From assembly GCA_038238025.1 (NCBI GenBank), contig JBBRYC010000013.1:6356-70355 (forward strand): DNA of 64,000 nucleotides. Reading direction: 5' to 3'. Under the pieces are notes generated by a model, which made no database searches, was not told the DNA's origin, and saw nothing but the letters and a program-made list of their open reading frames with translations. The first letter of the stretch is position 1. The number at the start of each line of letters is the position of its first letter. Source of the DNA: Chthoniobacterales bacterium. Lineage in GTDB: Bacteria > Verrucomicrobiota > Verrucomicrobiia > Chthoniobacterales > Chthoniobacteraceae. Position numbers and translations under genes: made by a program. Shown in pieces: positions 56,834-64,000 of the stretch.

Positions 56834-56941
56834 GTGCAACTCATCAATCCCAAGGACGTGAAGGTCGTGAAGGAATTCGTGCCGGTGACGGTGAGCGCGA
56901 CGACGGCGAATGCGCATTACGCTTTGATACGAGTATCATAG
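56834..56941 (+). pseudogene. orphan duplicate of the last ~28 codons of the WD40 gene (54803..56341)
   Basis: VQLINPKDVKVVKEFVPVTVSATTANAH.. against VRLINPKDAKVVKEFVPVTVGPATAAAH* in the intact gene. A ~64-nt core differs at a single base. The similarity continues into the downstream spacer (CGCTTTGA..TAGAATC). Confidence 0.85.
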
Positions 56942-56951
56942 AATCATCAAT

Positions 56952-57524
56952 ATGATCGAACCTAAACAAAGGGCTTCACCACCAGATATTGCTGAGTTCT
57001 TGATCGCCGCAAATCACGACTGGCCTGCTAAACACGGTGATTTCGTGAGACAAAATTTTGGCAGCGTTCCGGGCACGCCTCTCAACGACGTTTTCCGCGA
57101 GATCATATATTTTCTTAACTTCTCTACAGACCTAGCATTTTACCTGATTCTGAAGGACAAGCCTGATCTTGAGAAGGCACTCCGCAACGCTTTTACGATT
57201 CATTTGCGGCACTTCATTTTGGAGCATGGTTGTATGCCGCTTCCCTATGGCGAATGGCTAGGGGACACGAGAATTTGGATGACAACCGGTGAAACTCCCA
57301 TTGATAGCGGAACTCCTCTCTCGAACTTGGATAAGCGATTCAGTCTCTATTCCGAAGCATTGAGGCGGGGCAAAGATAAGTATCCGGGGGAATCGCTGGC
57401 ATACGTCTTGACAGCTTTATGTGGCACGAGCGACATCGCTATGATCGCGTATTTCGCAGAAGTATTCTCAGGTAAACTTGAAGGAATCCGGTTCGTTCTC
57501 GACTCGTTTGAGGTTACACTTTGA
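56952..57524 (+). CDS. hypothetical protein (AT-richer orphan, predicted all-helical)
   Basis: 190-aa ORF. Its base composition is visibly lower in GC than any housekeeping gene in the window. No recognised domain. Confidence 0.65.
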   Translation: MIEPKQRASPPDIAEFLIAANHDWPAKHGDFVRQNFGSVPGTPLNDVFREIIYFLNFSTDLAFYLILKDKPDLEKALRNAFTIHLRHFILEHGCMPLPYGEWLGDTRIWMTTGETPIDSGTPLSNLDKRFSLYSEALRRGKDKYPGESLAYVLTALCGTSDIAMIAYFAEVFSGKLEGIRFVLDSFEVTL

Positions 57525-57556
57525 GTTTCCGAAAAGACCGGAACGCCCAGCCTACA

Positions 57557-57676
57557 ATGAACTCCCCGCTCCACGACCGCGCCGCATTTCTCACGCGGCG
57601 GCAATTTTTTGCGAAGGGTGCGCTCGGCGCTTCCGCACTTGTCCTGAGATCGGCACGGCGTATTTTCCGACCATGA
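57557..57676 (+). pseudogene. 5' fragment of a Tat-exported protein gene (signal peptide only), copy 1
   Basis: MNSPLHDRAAFLTRRQFFAKGALGASALVL is a canonical twin-arginine signal. The frame then degenerates and stops, overlapping the next ATG (ATGA). Confidence 0.7.
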
Positions 57677-57852
57677 GCGCTGCACAGATTATTGATGAAC
57701 TCCCGAAGCTGACTCCCGCCGACCTGCTGGCCGTCCGCCGCAAGCTCATCGAAATCAGCGAGGAGAACGACGGCGTCGCGCATTGTGATGCAGCGGCGCT
57801 GGAAGGCGCGCAGATTCTCGACCAGCTGGAGGCCGGGGACGGTGCGTGCTGA
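57673..57852 (+). CDS. putative addiction-module antitoxin
   Basis: 59 aa. MSAAQIIDELPKLTPADLLAVRRKLIE resembles the small addiction-module component family. It overlaps the following PemK-like ORF. Confidence 0.6.
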   Translation: MSAAQIIDELPKLTPADLLAVRRKLIEISEENDGVAHCDAAALEGAQILDQLEAGDGAC

Positions 57853-58045
57853 ACGGGGCGAAGTCTGGCAGGTTGATTTTGTCATCGCTGCCAAAGTGCG
57901 TCCCGCGCTGCCGCTCACCGGAGAACCGGCGGATGATCAACTCGATCTGTTCACCGTGCTGCCTCACGCGGCCGCGCTGCGGGGCAATCGGTGGGAGGCG
58001 CCGCATCTCGACAGGATGAAAAACCCGGGTAGTCTGCCGGTATGA
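57842..58045 (+). pseudogene. C-terminally truncated PemK/MazF-like toxin
   Basis: GTG start. The sequence RGEVWQVDF..AAKVRPALPL..LFTVLPHAAALRGNRWE follows the PemK/MazF N-terminal pattern. It ends after 67 aa, whereas the family is typically about 110 aa. Confidence 0.5.
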
Positions 58046-58323
58046 AAATCACCGAGGCAAAGCCCATGGATCGTTTCCGGGTGTTCCTTCGATTCGACGA
58101 CGGGGCATCGGGGACCGTTGATTTGAGCGGCATGGCCGGTCGCGGAGTCTTCAGTGTCTGGCTGCAAGAAGGCGCTTTTGAAAAGCTTTCCGTCAGTCCG
58201 ATTGGTGCGCTGCAATGGCCTGGGGATCTCGATTTGTGCCCTGATTCCCTCTACCTCAAGATGACGGGCAAGACTGCTGACGACGTATTCCCCGCTCTGC
58301 ACCACGCGCCTGCTCATGCCTGA
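58042..58323 (+). CDS. DUF2442 domain protein
   Basis: 93 aa. ITEAKPMDRFRVFLRFDDGASGTVDLS matches the DUF2442 N-terminal pattern. 4-nt overlap with the upstream ORF. Confidence 0.78.
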   Translation: MKITEAKPMDRFRVFLRFDDGASGTVDLSGMAGRGVFSVWLQEGAFEKLSVSPIGALQWPGDLDLCPDSLYLKMTGKTADDVFPALHHAPAHA

Positions 58324-58576
58324 GGTCAGCCGATTTTATGGAATCGTCATCCAGATTTACTATGGCGATCATCCACCGCCTCATTTCCACGCCCTTTACG
58401 CCGGACACGTCGCCAAGATCGCAATCGGGACGCTGCAAGTCATTGATGGCTCACTCCCGCAGCGTGCCTCGGCTCTCGTCATGGATTGGGCGTCCTTGCA
58501 TCAGCAGGAATTGCTCGAAGCATTCAACCGCGCCGCGGCACTCCAATCACCCGGCAAGATTGCTCCTCTGGAATAG
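58316..58576 (+). CDS. DUF4160 domain protein
   Basis: 86 aa. RFYGIVIQIYYGDHPPPHFHALY is the DUF4160 signature. 8-nt overlap with the DUF2442 gene. Confidence 0.8.
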   Translation: MPEVSRFYGIVIQIYYGDHPPPHFHALYAGHVAKIAIGTLQVIDGSLPQRASALVMDWASLHQQELLEAFNRAAALQSPGKIAPLE

Positions 58577-58591
58577 TCTCTCAGCACGTCA

Positions 58592-58657
58592 ATGAACTCC
58601 CCGCTCCACGAACGCGCCGCATTTCTCACGCGGCGGCGATTTGTTTCCGCAGGGTGA
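58592..58657 (+). pseudogene. 5' fragment of the same Tat-signal gene, copy 2 (shorter, frameshifted)
   Basis: MNSPLHERAAFLTRRRFVSAG*. About 58 nt are nearly identical to 57555..57612. It ends directly against the stop of the convergent gene at 58658. Confidence 0.7.
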
Positions 58658-59119
58658 CTACGGGTGGCACCCGCAGCCGGTGCCGCAGCCGCCGGGATTT
58701 TCACCGGTGAGTTCGCCGGCGGGGGCGGGTTCGCCGACGACTCGGACGGCGAATTTCATGTCCTGCAGCGCGATGTGTTCGCGGACGGCGGTGATGAAGT
58801 GCTCGGTCATCGAGTCGGGCGGGAGGGCGCAGTCGAGCTGGAGGCGGACGGGCTTGCCGGCGAGGTGCGGGAAGGCTTCGGTCATCTCGCCGTCGAGGGC
58901 GAAGCTGAGGTAGGAGTTCACTTTTTCCTGGAGCTGGAAGATGCGCTGCTCGGAGCCGTCCCACGGGCGGGGCTCGACCATGATGAGGACGGCTTCGCCC
59001 GTCTCGCCGTCGAAGGCGAGGGCGTCGAGGCCGCGCGGGTTTTCGACGCCGAATGCGCCGGGCTTTTCGGCGGTTTCGCAGGGCTCGGTGGTCTGGTGCT
59101 GGCAGCAGGAGTCGCTCAT
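58658..59119 (-). CDS. hypothetical protein with Cys-rich N- and C-termini
   Basis: 153-aa ORF. N-terminus MSDSCCQHQTTEPC and C-terminus GGCGTGCGCHP. Acidic central domain. Family not recognised with certainty. Confidence 0.65.
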   Translation of the reverse strand: MSDSCCQHQTTEPCETAEKPGAFGVENPRGLDALAFDGETGEAVLIMVEPRPWDGSEQRIFQLQEKVNSYLSFALDGEMTEAFPHLAGKPVRLQLDCALPPDSMTEHFITAVREHIALQDMKFAVRVVGEPAPAGELTGENPGGCGTGCGCHP

Positions 59120-59239
59120 CGCGCAAAGGAATGGACGAGCAGGGGCGGTCTGTCAAAGGATGTGCGCGATGAATCGTGCGTGCCCAGAGTCCGCCTCCGT
59201 GCGCCTCTCAACTCTCAACCCTCACCTCTCAACCCTGCA

Positions 59240-60217
59240 ATGAAAGCGATCCGCGTGCGGGCCTTCGGCGGCCCGGAAGTCCTCGAACTTTGCGATGTGC
59301 CCGAGCCTCAGCCGGGGCCGGGGCAGGTCGTCGTGCGCCTGATGGCCGCGGGGGTGAATCCGGTGGAGACATATATTAGATCCGGCGCGTATGCGAAGCT
59401 GCCGCCGCTGCCGTGGACGCCGGGTTCGGATGGCGCGGGCGTGCTGGAAAGGGCGGGCGCTGGCGTGGAGCCGCGGCTCTTGCCGGGGCAGCGCGTGTGG
59501 GTGGTCGGGAGCCTGAGCGGGACTTACGCGGAGGCGGCGGTCTGCGATGCGGGGAGTGTGTTCGCACTGCCGGAGCGCGTGACTTTTGCACAGGGCGCGG
59601 CGCTGGGCATCCCCTGCTCCACCGCCTGGCGGGCGCTCATGCAGCGGGGCGCGGCGAAGGCGGGCGAGACGGTGCTGGTGCATGGCGCGACCGGCGGCGT
59701 GGGCATGGCGGCGGTGCAGTTTGCAAAGGCGGTGGGCCTGCGCGTGCTGGCAACCGGCGGCAGTGCGGCCGGGCGGGAGATGCTCGCGGGGCTCGGTGCC
59801 GATATGATTTTCGACCACAGCGCCCCCGGCTACGAGGATGCGATCCGCGCGGCGACGGACGGGAAAGGCGTGGATCTGATCATAGAGATGCTGGCAAATG
59901 TGAACCTCGCGCGCGACCTCCCGCTGCTCGGACGCGGAGGCCGGGTCGTGGTGGTCGGCAGCCGCGGAAGCATCGAGGTGAACCCGCGGGAACTCATGCT
60001 CCGCGATGCCGACGTGCGCGGAGTCATGCTCGCGAATACCCCGGCCCCGGAATTGGCCGAATGCCACGCGGCCATCGGGCGGCACCTCGCGGATGGCAGC
60101 CTGCGCCCCGTCATCGGGCGGGCATTCCCGCTCGCCGAGGCCGCGGAGGCGCATCGTGCAGTCATGGCGGCAGGGCACGCGGGGAAGATTGTCCTTCACA
60201 TCACTGACAATCAGTGA
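59240..60217 (+). CDS. NADPH:quinone oxidoreductase (zeta-crystallin-like MDR family)
   Basis: The 325-aa C-terminal part of track ORF 58664..60217. Motifs MKAIRV..GGPEVLEL, AGVNPVETYIRSG and the GxGxxG region LVHGATGGVGMAAVQFAK. Confidence 0.9.
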   Translation: MKAIRVRAFGGPEVLELCDVPEPQPGPGQVVVRLMAAGVNPVETYIRSGAYAKLPPLPWTPGSDGAGVLERAGAGVEPRLLPGQRVWVVGSLSGTYAEAAVCDAGSVFALPERVTFAQGAALGIPCSTAWRALMQRGAAKAGETVLVHGATGGVGMAAVQFAKAVGLRVLATGGSAAGREMLAGLGADMIFDHSAPGYEDAIRAATDGKGVDLIIEMLANVNLARDLPLLGRGGRVVVVGSRGSIEVNPRELMLRDADVRGVMLANTPAPELAECHAAIGRHLADGSLRPVIGRAFPLAEAAEAHRAVMAAGHAGKIVLHITDNQ

Positions 60218-60257
60218 TCGGGGAGCCGCGATTTTTTGAACGCGAGCCGGAGCTGGG

Positions 60258-60311
60258 AAGTTATTCACCGGGCATGCATGGATCGGACATAGGGAACGGA
60301 AAGTTATTCAC
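60258..60311. repeat. direct repeat AAGTTATTCAC x2 (43-nt spacing) upstream of the beta-barrel gene; possible regulator-binding sites
   Basis: Copies at about 60258-60268 and 60301-60311, with a partial third copy (TATTCAC) directly after. AT-rich promoter region. Confidence 0.4.
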
Positions 60312-60425
60312 TCCTATTCACAATCCGAAAAATAATTGTTGCCTCGATCCGGGCAGAAGGCTAAAAACCGCACCGTGCCGAAAGGCATGAAGCAGATAAC
60401 CACAAACACACCACCACTAAAACAC

Positions 60426-61409
60426 ATGAACACACGTAACATCACCACGTTCGCAGCATTCGCCGCGGCGTGCTTCGCAGGCTCCACCGCCTTCGCAGCC
60501 CACAAGGGCCACCATGACGACAAATACGTCAAGCCGGTCCAGAAGAAGGTCATTGAACCCGTGCAGGAATCCTGCATCACGGGCGACATCGGCTTCGACG
60601 TCGTCAGCAACTACATCCGCCACGGCATCGCCTTGGAAAATCAGGGCCTCATCGTGCAGCCCTACGCCGACCTGCACTTCCGCATCTACAAGGGTGCGGG
60701 CGCGCTGACCTCCGTCACGGCGGACATCGGTATCTGGAATTCGTTCCACAGCCACAACCGCAATGCTGGCCGCACGGCGCAGAACGGGCTTGGCGGTGCC
60801 GGCCTCGGAAGCCAGACCACTGCGAACTGGTTCGAGTTCGACTTCCAAGCTGGCATGACGTTCACCTTCGACAAGCTGAGCCTCGGCGGTTACTTCAAGA
60901 CCTATGAGAGCCCCTCGTCGGTGTTCCAGAACACCTATACGGCCGGTGCCATAATCTCGTATGACGACAGCGGCGCCCTCGGTGCGTTCGCAATGCATCC
61001 TTACGCCTTGGTTGAGTTCCAACTCGAAGGCACCACGGGCAATAACTTCCGTGGCGGCCAAGGCTTCCATGGCCGCGGCCAGTACTACGAAGTCGGCATC
61101 GCCCCCGGCTACACCGTCGGTGATCTGACCCTGTCGCTTCCCATCAAGGGTGGCTTCGGCAGCGGCGGATTCTACCTCGGCAACCGCGGCTTCGGCTTCA
61201 TCTCCGCCGGTGCCCGCGCCGATTACACGCTGCACTTCATCCCCGCCTGCCTCGGCAAGTGGAGCGTCAACGCTGGTGCGACCTACTACCGCCTCGGCGG
61301 GAGCAACGGCCCGATCGCCTTCAACGGCGCGTCCGGCGTCGGACTCTCTCAGGCCCGGACAGACAAGAACCAACTCGTGTTCCAGGGCGGCCTCAAGGTC
61401 GCGTTCTAA
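60426..61409 (+). CDS. putative outer-membrane beta-barrel protein (porin-like)
   Basis: Signal peptide MNTRNITTFAAFAAACFAGSTAFA (M31 of the track ORF). Alternating beta-strand pattern, Gly/aromatic rich. C-terminal LVFQGGLKVAF ends in an aromatic residue. Confidence 0.7.
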   Translation: MNTRNITTFAAFAAACFAGSTAFAAHKGHHDDKYVKPVQKKVIEPVQESCITGDIGFDVVSNYIRHGIALENQGLIVQPYADLHFRIYKGAGALTSVTADIGIWNSFHSHNRNAGRTAQNGLGGAGLGSQTTANWFEFDFQAGMTFTFDKLSLGGYFKTYESPSSVFQNTYTAGAIISYDDSGALGAFAMHPYALVEFQLEGTTGNNFRGGQGFHGRGQYYEVGIAPGYTVGDLTLSLPIKGGFGSGGFYLGNRGFGFISAGARADYTLHFIPACLGKWSVNAGATYYRLGGSNGPIAFNGASGVGLSQARTDKNQLVFQGGLKVAF

Positions 61410-61453
61410 GGATCGCGTTCCAAAGACACAGGGCAGCCTGTTCTGAAATTCAA

Positions 61454-61491
61454 CTCCCTTGGGGCGGCAACGTCCCAAGGGAGTTTTTTTT
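61454..61491 (+). terminator. rho-independent terminator of the 60426..61409 gene
   Basis: CTCCCTTGGG / CCCAAGGGAG stem followed by TTTTTTTT. Confidence 0.85.
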
Positions 61492-61542
61492 GAAGTGATC
61501 TCCCAGCCTCTGGTACTTTCCGGACGCAGGCCTCGCCGCCAC

Positions 61543-61584
61543 AAAACAAATGCGCCAGACCTTTCGGTCTGGCGCATTATTTTG
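61543..61584. terminator. bidirectional-looking intrinsic terminator, mainly serving the minus-strand gene ending at 61618
   Basis: AATGCGCCAGACC-TTTC-GGTCTGGCGCATT stem-loop, flanked by an A-run upstream and a T-run downstream. Confidence 0.8.
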
Positions 61585-61617
61585 AACGGATTTCGGTTTG
61601 GACGATTGGCCGATAAC

Positions 61618-62859
61618 TTAGAACGTCATCAGGAAGTCGAGCCCCGCCGTAACCATTGAGCGGTTGCTGGAGTTGTTGAACGGCCGGGTGTTGTTCAGCG
61701 AGGTATCCACCCGCACTTCCGGGCGGATGACGAGGCTGAACGGTTTCGGGATCGTCGGCTTCAGGGTCATGCCCACGGTGAGCGCTCCGTAAGTCGTGCT
61801 GCCGCCGCCGACGGTGCGCGGGTCGGTGACCGCCTCTCCGCGCAGTGCCCGGACGGGATCATGCACATTGGCAAACGACGTGACGTAGAACCCCTTCTCA
61901 TCCCGCCACACCTCGGCGCGGACGCCGGCACTGATCTTGTCGTTGAACGCATATGTGAAATACTGCGCCACACCGTAACCGCGGGCGTTGGCCGCCGCGT
62001 CATAGATGTAGTTCAGATCGGTGATAGAGGTGAACTTGTCGGTGACCTTCCACGTCGCGGTGATGTCGCTGAGGTAGCGCTGGCTGCGGTTGTTGCCAGC
62101 CGTTTCGGGACCGATGTGCGTGGTGGCTAGGACCGCGAATTTACCCTCGTTGAAGTTCAGCCCGATGCCGCCGTGGAAGGCCGGTGAGCTGTTGTTGTCC
62201 TGAAGGCTCGTGTTCACGCCGCGGGTGATGCCGGCGTAGAGGTCCACCACTTTGTTAAGGTGGGTGGTCGTCATGATGCCCGTGTGATTGAACGGGATGC
62301 CGAAGTTGAAGATGTAGCTGTGCGAGTAGAACACGTTGGTGCGCGGGTCTATCGTCTCCGCACCTTCGAGCGTGACGAACTTGCCGATCTTCACGTCCAC
62401 ACCGCCCGAGGTGAGCGCCGCGAAATGCAGGTTCAGGTATGCTTCGACGACATCGAGTTGCTGGTATTTGGTCTTCAGCGCCTTGTCCAGCAGCCCCATC
62501 GAATGGATGAAGCGCGCATCCGTGCCATACATGACCTGCGCCTTGAAGCCATAGTCAAAACCCGTGGCCTTCGGATCGAGCGCGCGCTCGAAAGTGATGA
62601 CGGCTTGGTTGAGCAACGGTTCATTCGAGCGGTCGTCGAAGAGCCTGCCGAAGTTCTGATTATCCGCCGGTGAATTGAAGTTGCCGGTGAAGCCGCCCTC
62701 TACCCAGCCGGAGATGGTGAATCGCGGCGTGGATTCCACTTTCTTCACTTCTTTTGCTTCCTTGGGTCCGGCAAGGCCGGTGTGCGGGGTGGCGATCAAA
62801 CCCGCAAGCGCGGTTGCAGCGCCGAGGGCGGTGATTCTGAACGTGGGTCGTTTGGACAT
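61618..62859 (-). CDS. putative outer-membrane beta-barrel protein (porin-like)
   Basis: Signal peptide MSKRPTFRITALGAATALAGLIA. Beta-strand periodicity. C-terminal VTAGLDFLMTF ends in Phe. Confidence 0.75.
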   Translation of the reverse strand: MSKRPTFRITALGAATALAGLIATPHTGLAGPKEAKEVKKVESTPRFTISGWVEGGFTGNFNSPADNQNFGRLFDDRSNEPLLNQAVITFERALDPKATGFDYGFKAQVMYGTDARFIHSMGLLDKALKTKYQQLDVVEAYLNLHFAALTSGGVDVKIGKFVTLEGAETIDPRTNVFYSHSYIFNFGIPFNHTGIMTTTHLNKVVDLYAGITRGVNTSLQDNNSSPAFHGGIGLNFNEGKFAVLATTHIGPETAGNNRSQRYLSDITATWKVTDKFTSITDLNYIYDAAANARGYGVAQYFTYAFNDKISAGVRAEVWRDEKGFYVTSFANVHDPVRALRGEAVTDPRTVGGGSTTYGALTVGMTLKPTIPKPFSLVIRPEVRVDTSLNNTRPFNNSSNRSMVTAGLDFLMTF

Positions 62860-62998
62860 GGATGGTAGTGTTGTTAGGTTGGTTAGTGTTGGGGCCGAAT
62901 TATCGGCAGCGGCCCTCTAGCACGGACTCTGCCAAGCGATATAACGACAAACGAATCTTTCATCAAAACGGCTTGCAAATCATTCGACGCAAGCAGCT

Positions 62999-63020
62999 AA
63001 AGTTTTTTAAGAAAAACTTT
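62999..63020. repeat. AT-rich 9-bp-arm perfect palindrome AAAGTTTTT-TAAG-AAAAACTTT in a divergent promoter region
   Basis: Read directly from the sequence. It lies between the divergent starts at 62859 (-) and 63215 (+). Confidence 0.5.
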
Positions 63021-63214
63021 TTCCCGCGCGCTGTGAGGTCCAATATCCATCTGTCACCTGCGCAAATCGCCGCACATGTGGACGAAAAAAACCAGTGAAA
63101 CGCGGAAAGGGTCCGCCGAATACGAAACTGGATAAGTTCGCGCAGTGCGACTGGAGATGCACATTGCAAAATCATCATTCGACTTCCCCCGCACCGGCAC
63201 GGTATCCCGGCGGG

Positions 63215-64000
63215 ATGTTCACCCGCCGTCATTTCCTCGCCACCCTCGCCACAGCCGCAGTCGCACCGAAACTTTCCGCAGCGGATGCCGCGAAGCCGCA
63301 CGCGAAGATCAAGCTCGGCTTCGACAACTTCGCCGTGCGCGCGATGGGCTGGAAGGCTTCGCAGCTTCTCGATCACGCCGCCTCGCTGAAGTGCGACGCG
63401 CTTTTCATCAGCGACATTGACTCGTACGAGTCGCTGGAAAATTCCGCCCTCGCGGAGGTGCGCAAAAAGGCGGCGGACCTCGGCATCGATCTCTTCGCCG
63501 GCGGCTGGAGCATCTGTCCGACGAGCGTGCGCTTTAAGAAAAACTGGGGCACGGCGGAAGAGCACCTGCGCACAGGAATCCGCGTCGCGAAGGCGCTCGG
63601 CTCGCCGGTGTATCGCGTGGTTCTCGGTGCCGGGGAAGACCGCAAGACACCCGGCGGCATCCGCGCGCGCATGGCGGACACGGTGACGGTGCTGAAGGCG
63701 TGCCGTTCCGCGGCGATGGACGCGGGCGTGAAGGTCGCCATCGAAAACCACGCTGGCGACATGCACTCGTGGGAACTCGCGGACCTCGTCGAGGAGGCGG
63801 GCAAGGATTTCGTCGGCGTGAACATTGATTCCGGCAACGCCGCGTGGACGCTCGAAGACCCGCAGGATGTGCTCGAAAACCTCGGCAAATACACCATCTG
63901 CTCCAGCCTCCGCGACGACATGATCTGGGAGACCGACGACGGCGCGAGCGTGCAGTGGACCGCCGCGGGCGAGGGCCTCATGGACTGGAAAAAATACGCC
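63215..64000 (+). CDS. Tat-exported sugar phosphate isomerase/epimerase (xylose-isomerase-like TIM barrel), 3' end beyond the window
   Basis: The only + frame without stops from about 63215 to the window end. MFTRRHFLATLATAAVAPKLSAADA is a twin-arginine signal. Downstream motifs include KLGFDNFAVRAMGW, VKVAIENHAGD and VNIDSGNAAW. Confidence 0.8.
   Translation, partial: MFTRRHFLATLATAAVAPKLSAADAAKPHAKIKLGFDNFAVRAMGWKASQLLDHAASLKCDALFISDIDSYESLENSALAEVRKKAADLGIDLFAGGWSICPTSVRFKKNWGTAEEHLRTGIRVAKALGSPVYRVVLGAGEDRKTPGGIRARMADTVTVLKACRSAAMDAGVKVAIENHAGDMHSWELADLVEEAGKDFVGVNIDSGNAAWTLEDPQDVLENLGKYTICSSLRDDMIWETDDGASVQWTAAGEGLMDWKKYA

Noticed and set aside
56255-56941. Diversity-generating retroelement (variable repeat at a gene 3' end plus a nearby template repeat) as the explanation for the duplicated WD40 and hydrolase 3' ends.
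   Set aside because: Only about half of the mismatches fall at adenines of the putative template copy; the rest are mixed substitutions. The mismatches cluster at the distal end rather than across the repeat. No reverse transcriptase or accessory gene is present in the window.
56342-58657. Integron cassette array, prophage or IS-bounded island.
   Set aside because: There is no intI-type integrase, attC-like imperfect palindromes with R'/R'' core sites, phage structural genes or transposase anywhere in the window. The boundaries are duplicated host gene ends instead.
1-64000. tRNA, rRNA, tmRNA, RNase P or riboswitch-like sequences in the longer spacers (7395-7711, 8330-8644, 13116-13401, 34679-35102, 54085-14314).
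   Set aside because: No cloverleaf-compatible segments, conserved rRNA motifs or known riboswitch cores were recognised by eye. This is a weak negative; tRNAscan-SE or Infernal/Rfam should be run.

Overview
About 64 kb of dense, high-GC chromosome. Gene content points to a PVC-superphylum bacterium, most likely Verrucomicrobiota: PSCyt/DUF1549/DUF1553 and DUF1501 proteins, a PEP-CTERM protein, sulfatases and a Bat-like VWA module. This assignment is an inference, not a database result. I support about 60 protein-coding genes on both strands. Housekeeping genes: yicC, gmk, coaC, suhB-like, ispF, dapF, tyrS, guaB, ruvC, lipB and HU. Envelope and transport genes: mlaEFD, exbB-exbD plus a TonB-like gene, two outer-membrane beta-barrels, an L,D-transpeptidase and a Spy/CpxP-like protein. 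The window also holds a DUF58/BatA/VWA module with a distant MoxR ATPase and a 2085-aa TPR protein. I found no rRNA, tRNA, CRISPR array, transposase, integrase or reverse transcriptase. Three things stand out. First, intergenic spaces are packed with several families of palindromic repeats, including a 187-bp element with perfect 26-bp terminal inverted repeats present in three copies. Two copies of that element bracket a single gene. Second, an AT-richer islet at 56.3-58.7 kb carries stacked toxin-antitoxin modules, each bounded by duplicated ends of neighbouring genes. The same layout (intact gene, insert, duplicated 3' end) recurs at 8.6-10.9 kb. Third, there are smaller oddities: a 24-codon Lys/Ala micro-ORF with its own intrinsic terminator, an approximately 18-unit heptanucleotide tandem repeat upstream of an L,D-transpeptidase gene, and a DUF1501 gene with an in-frame TGA. 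CDS starts were derived arithmetically from the ORF track. Coordinates of non-coding features were read from the sequence and may be off by 1-2 nt.
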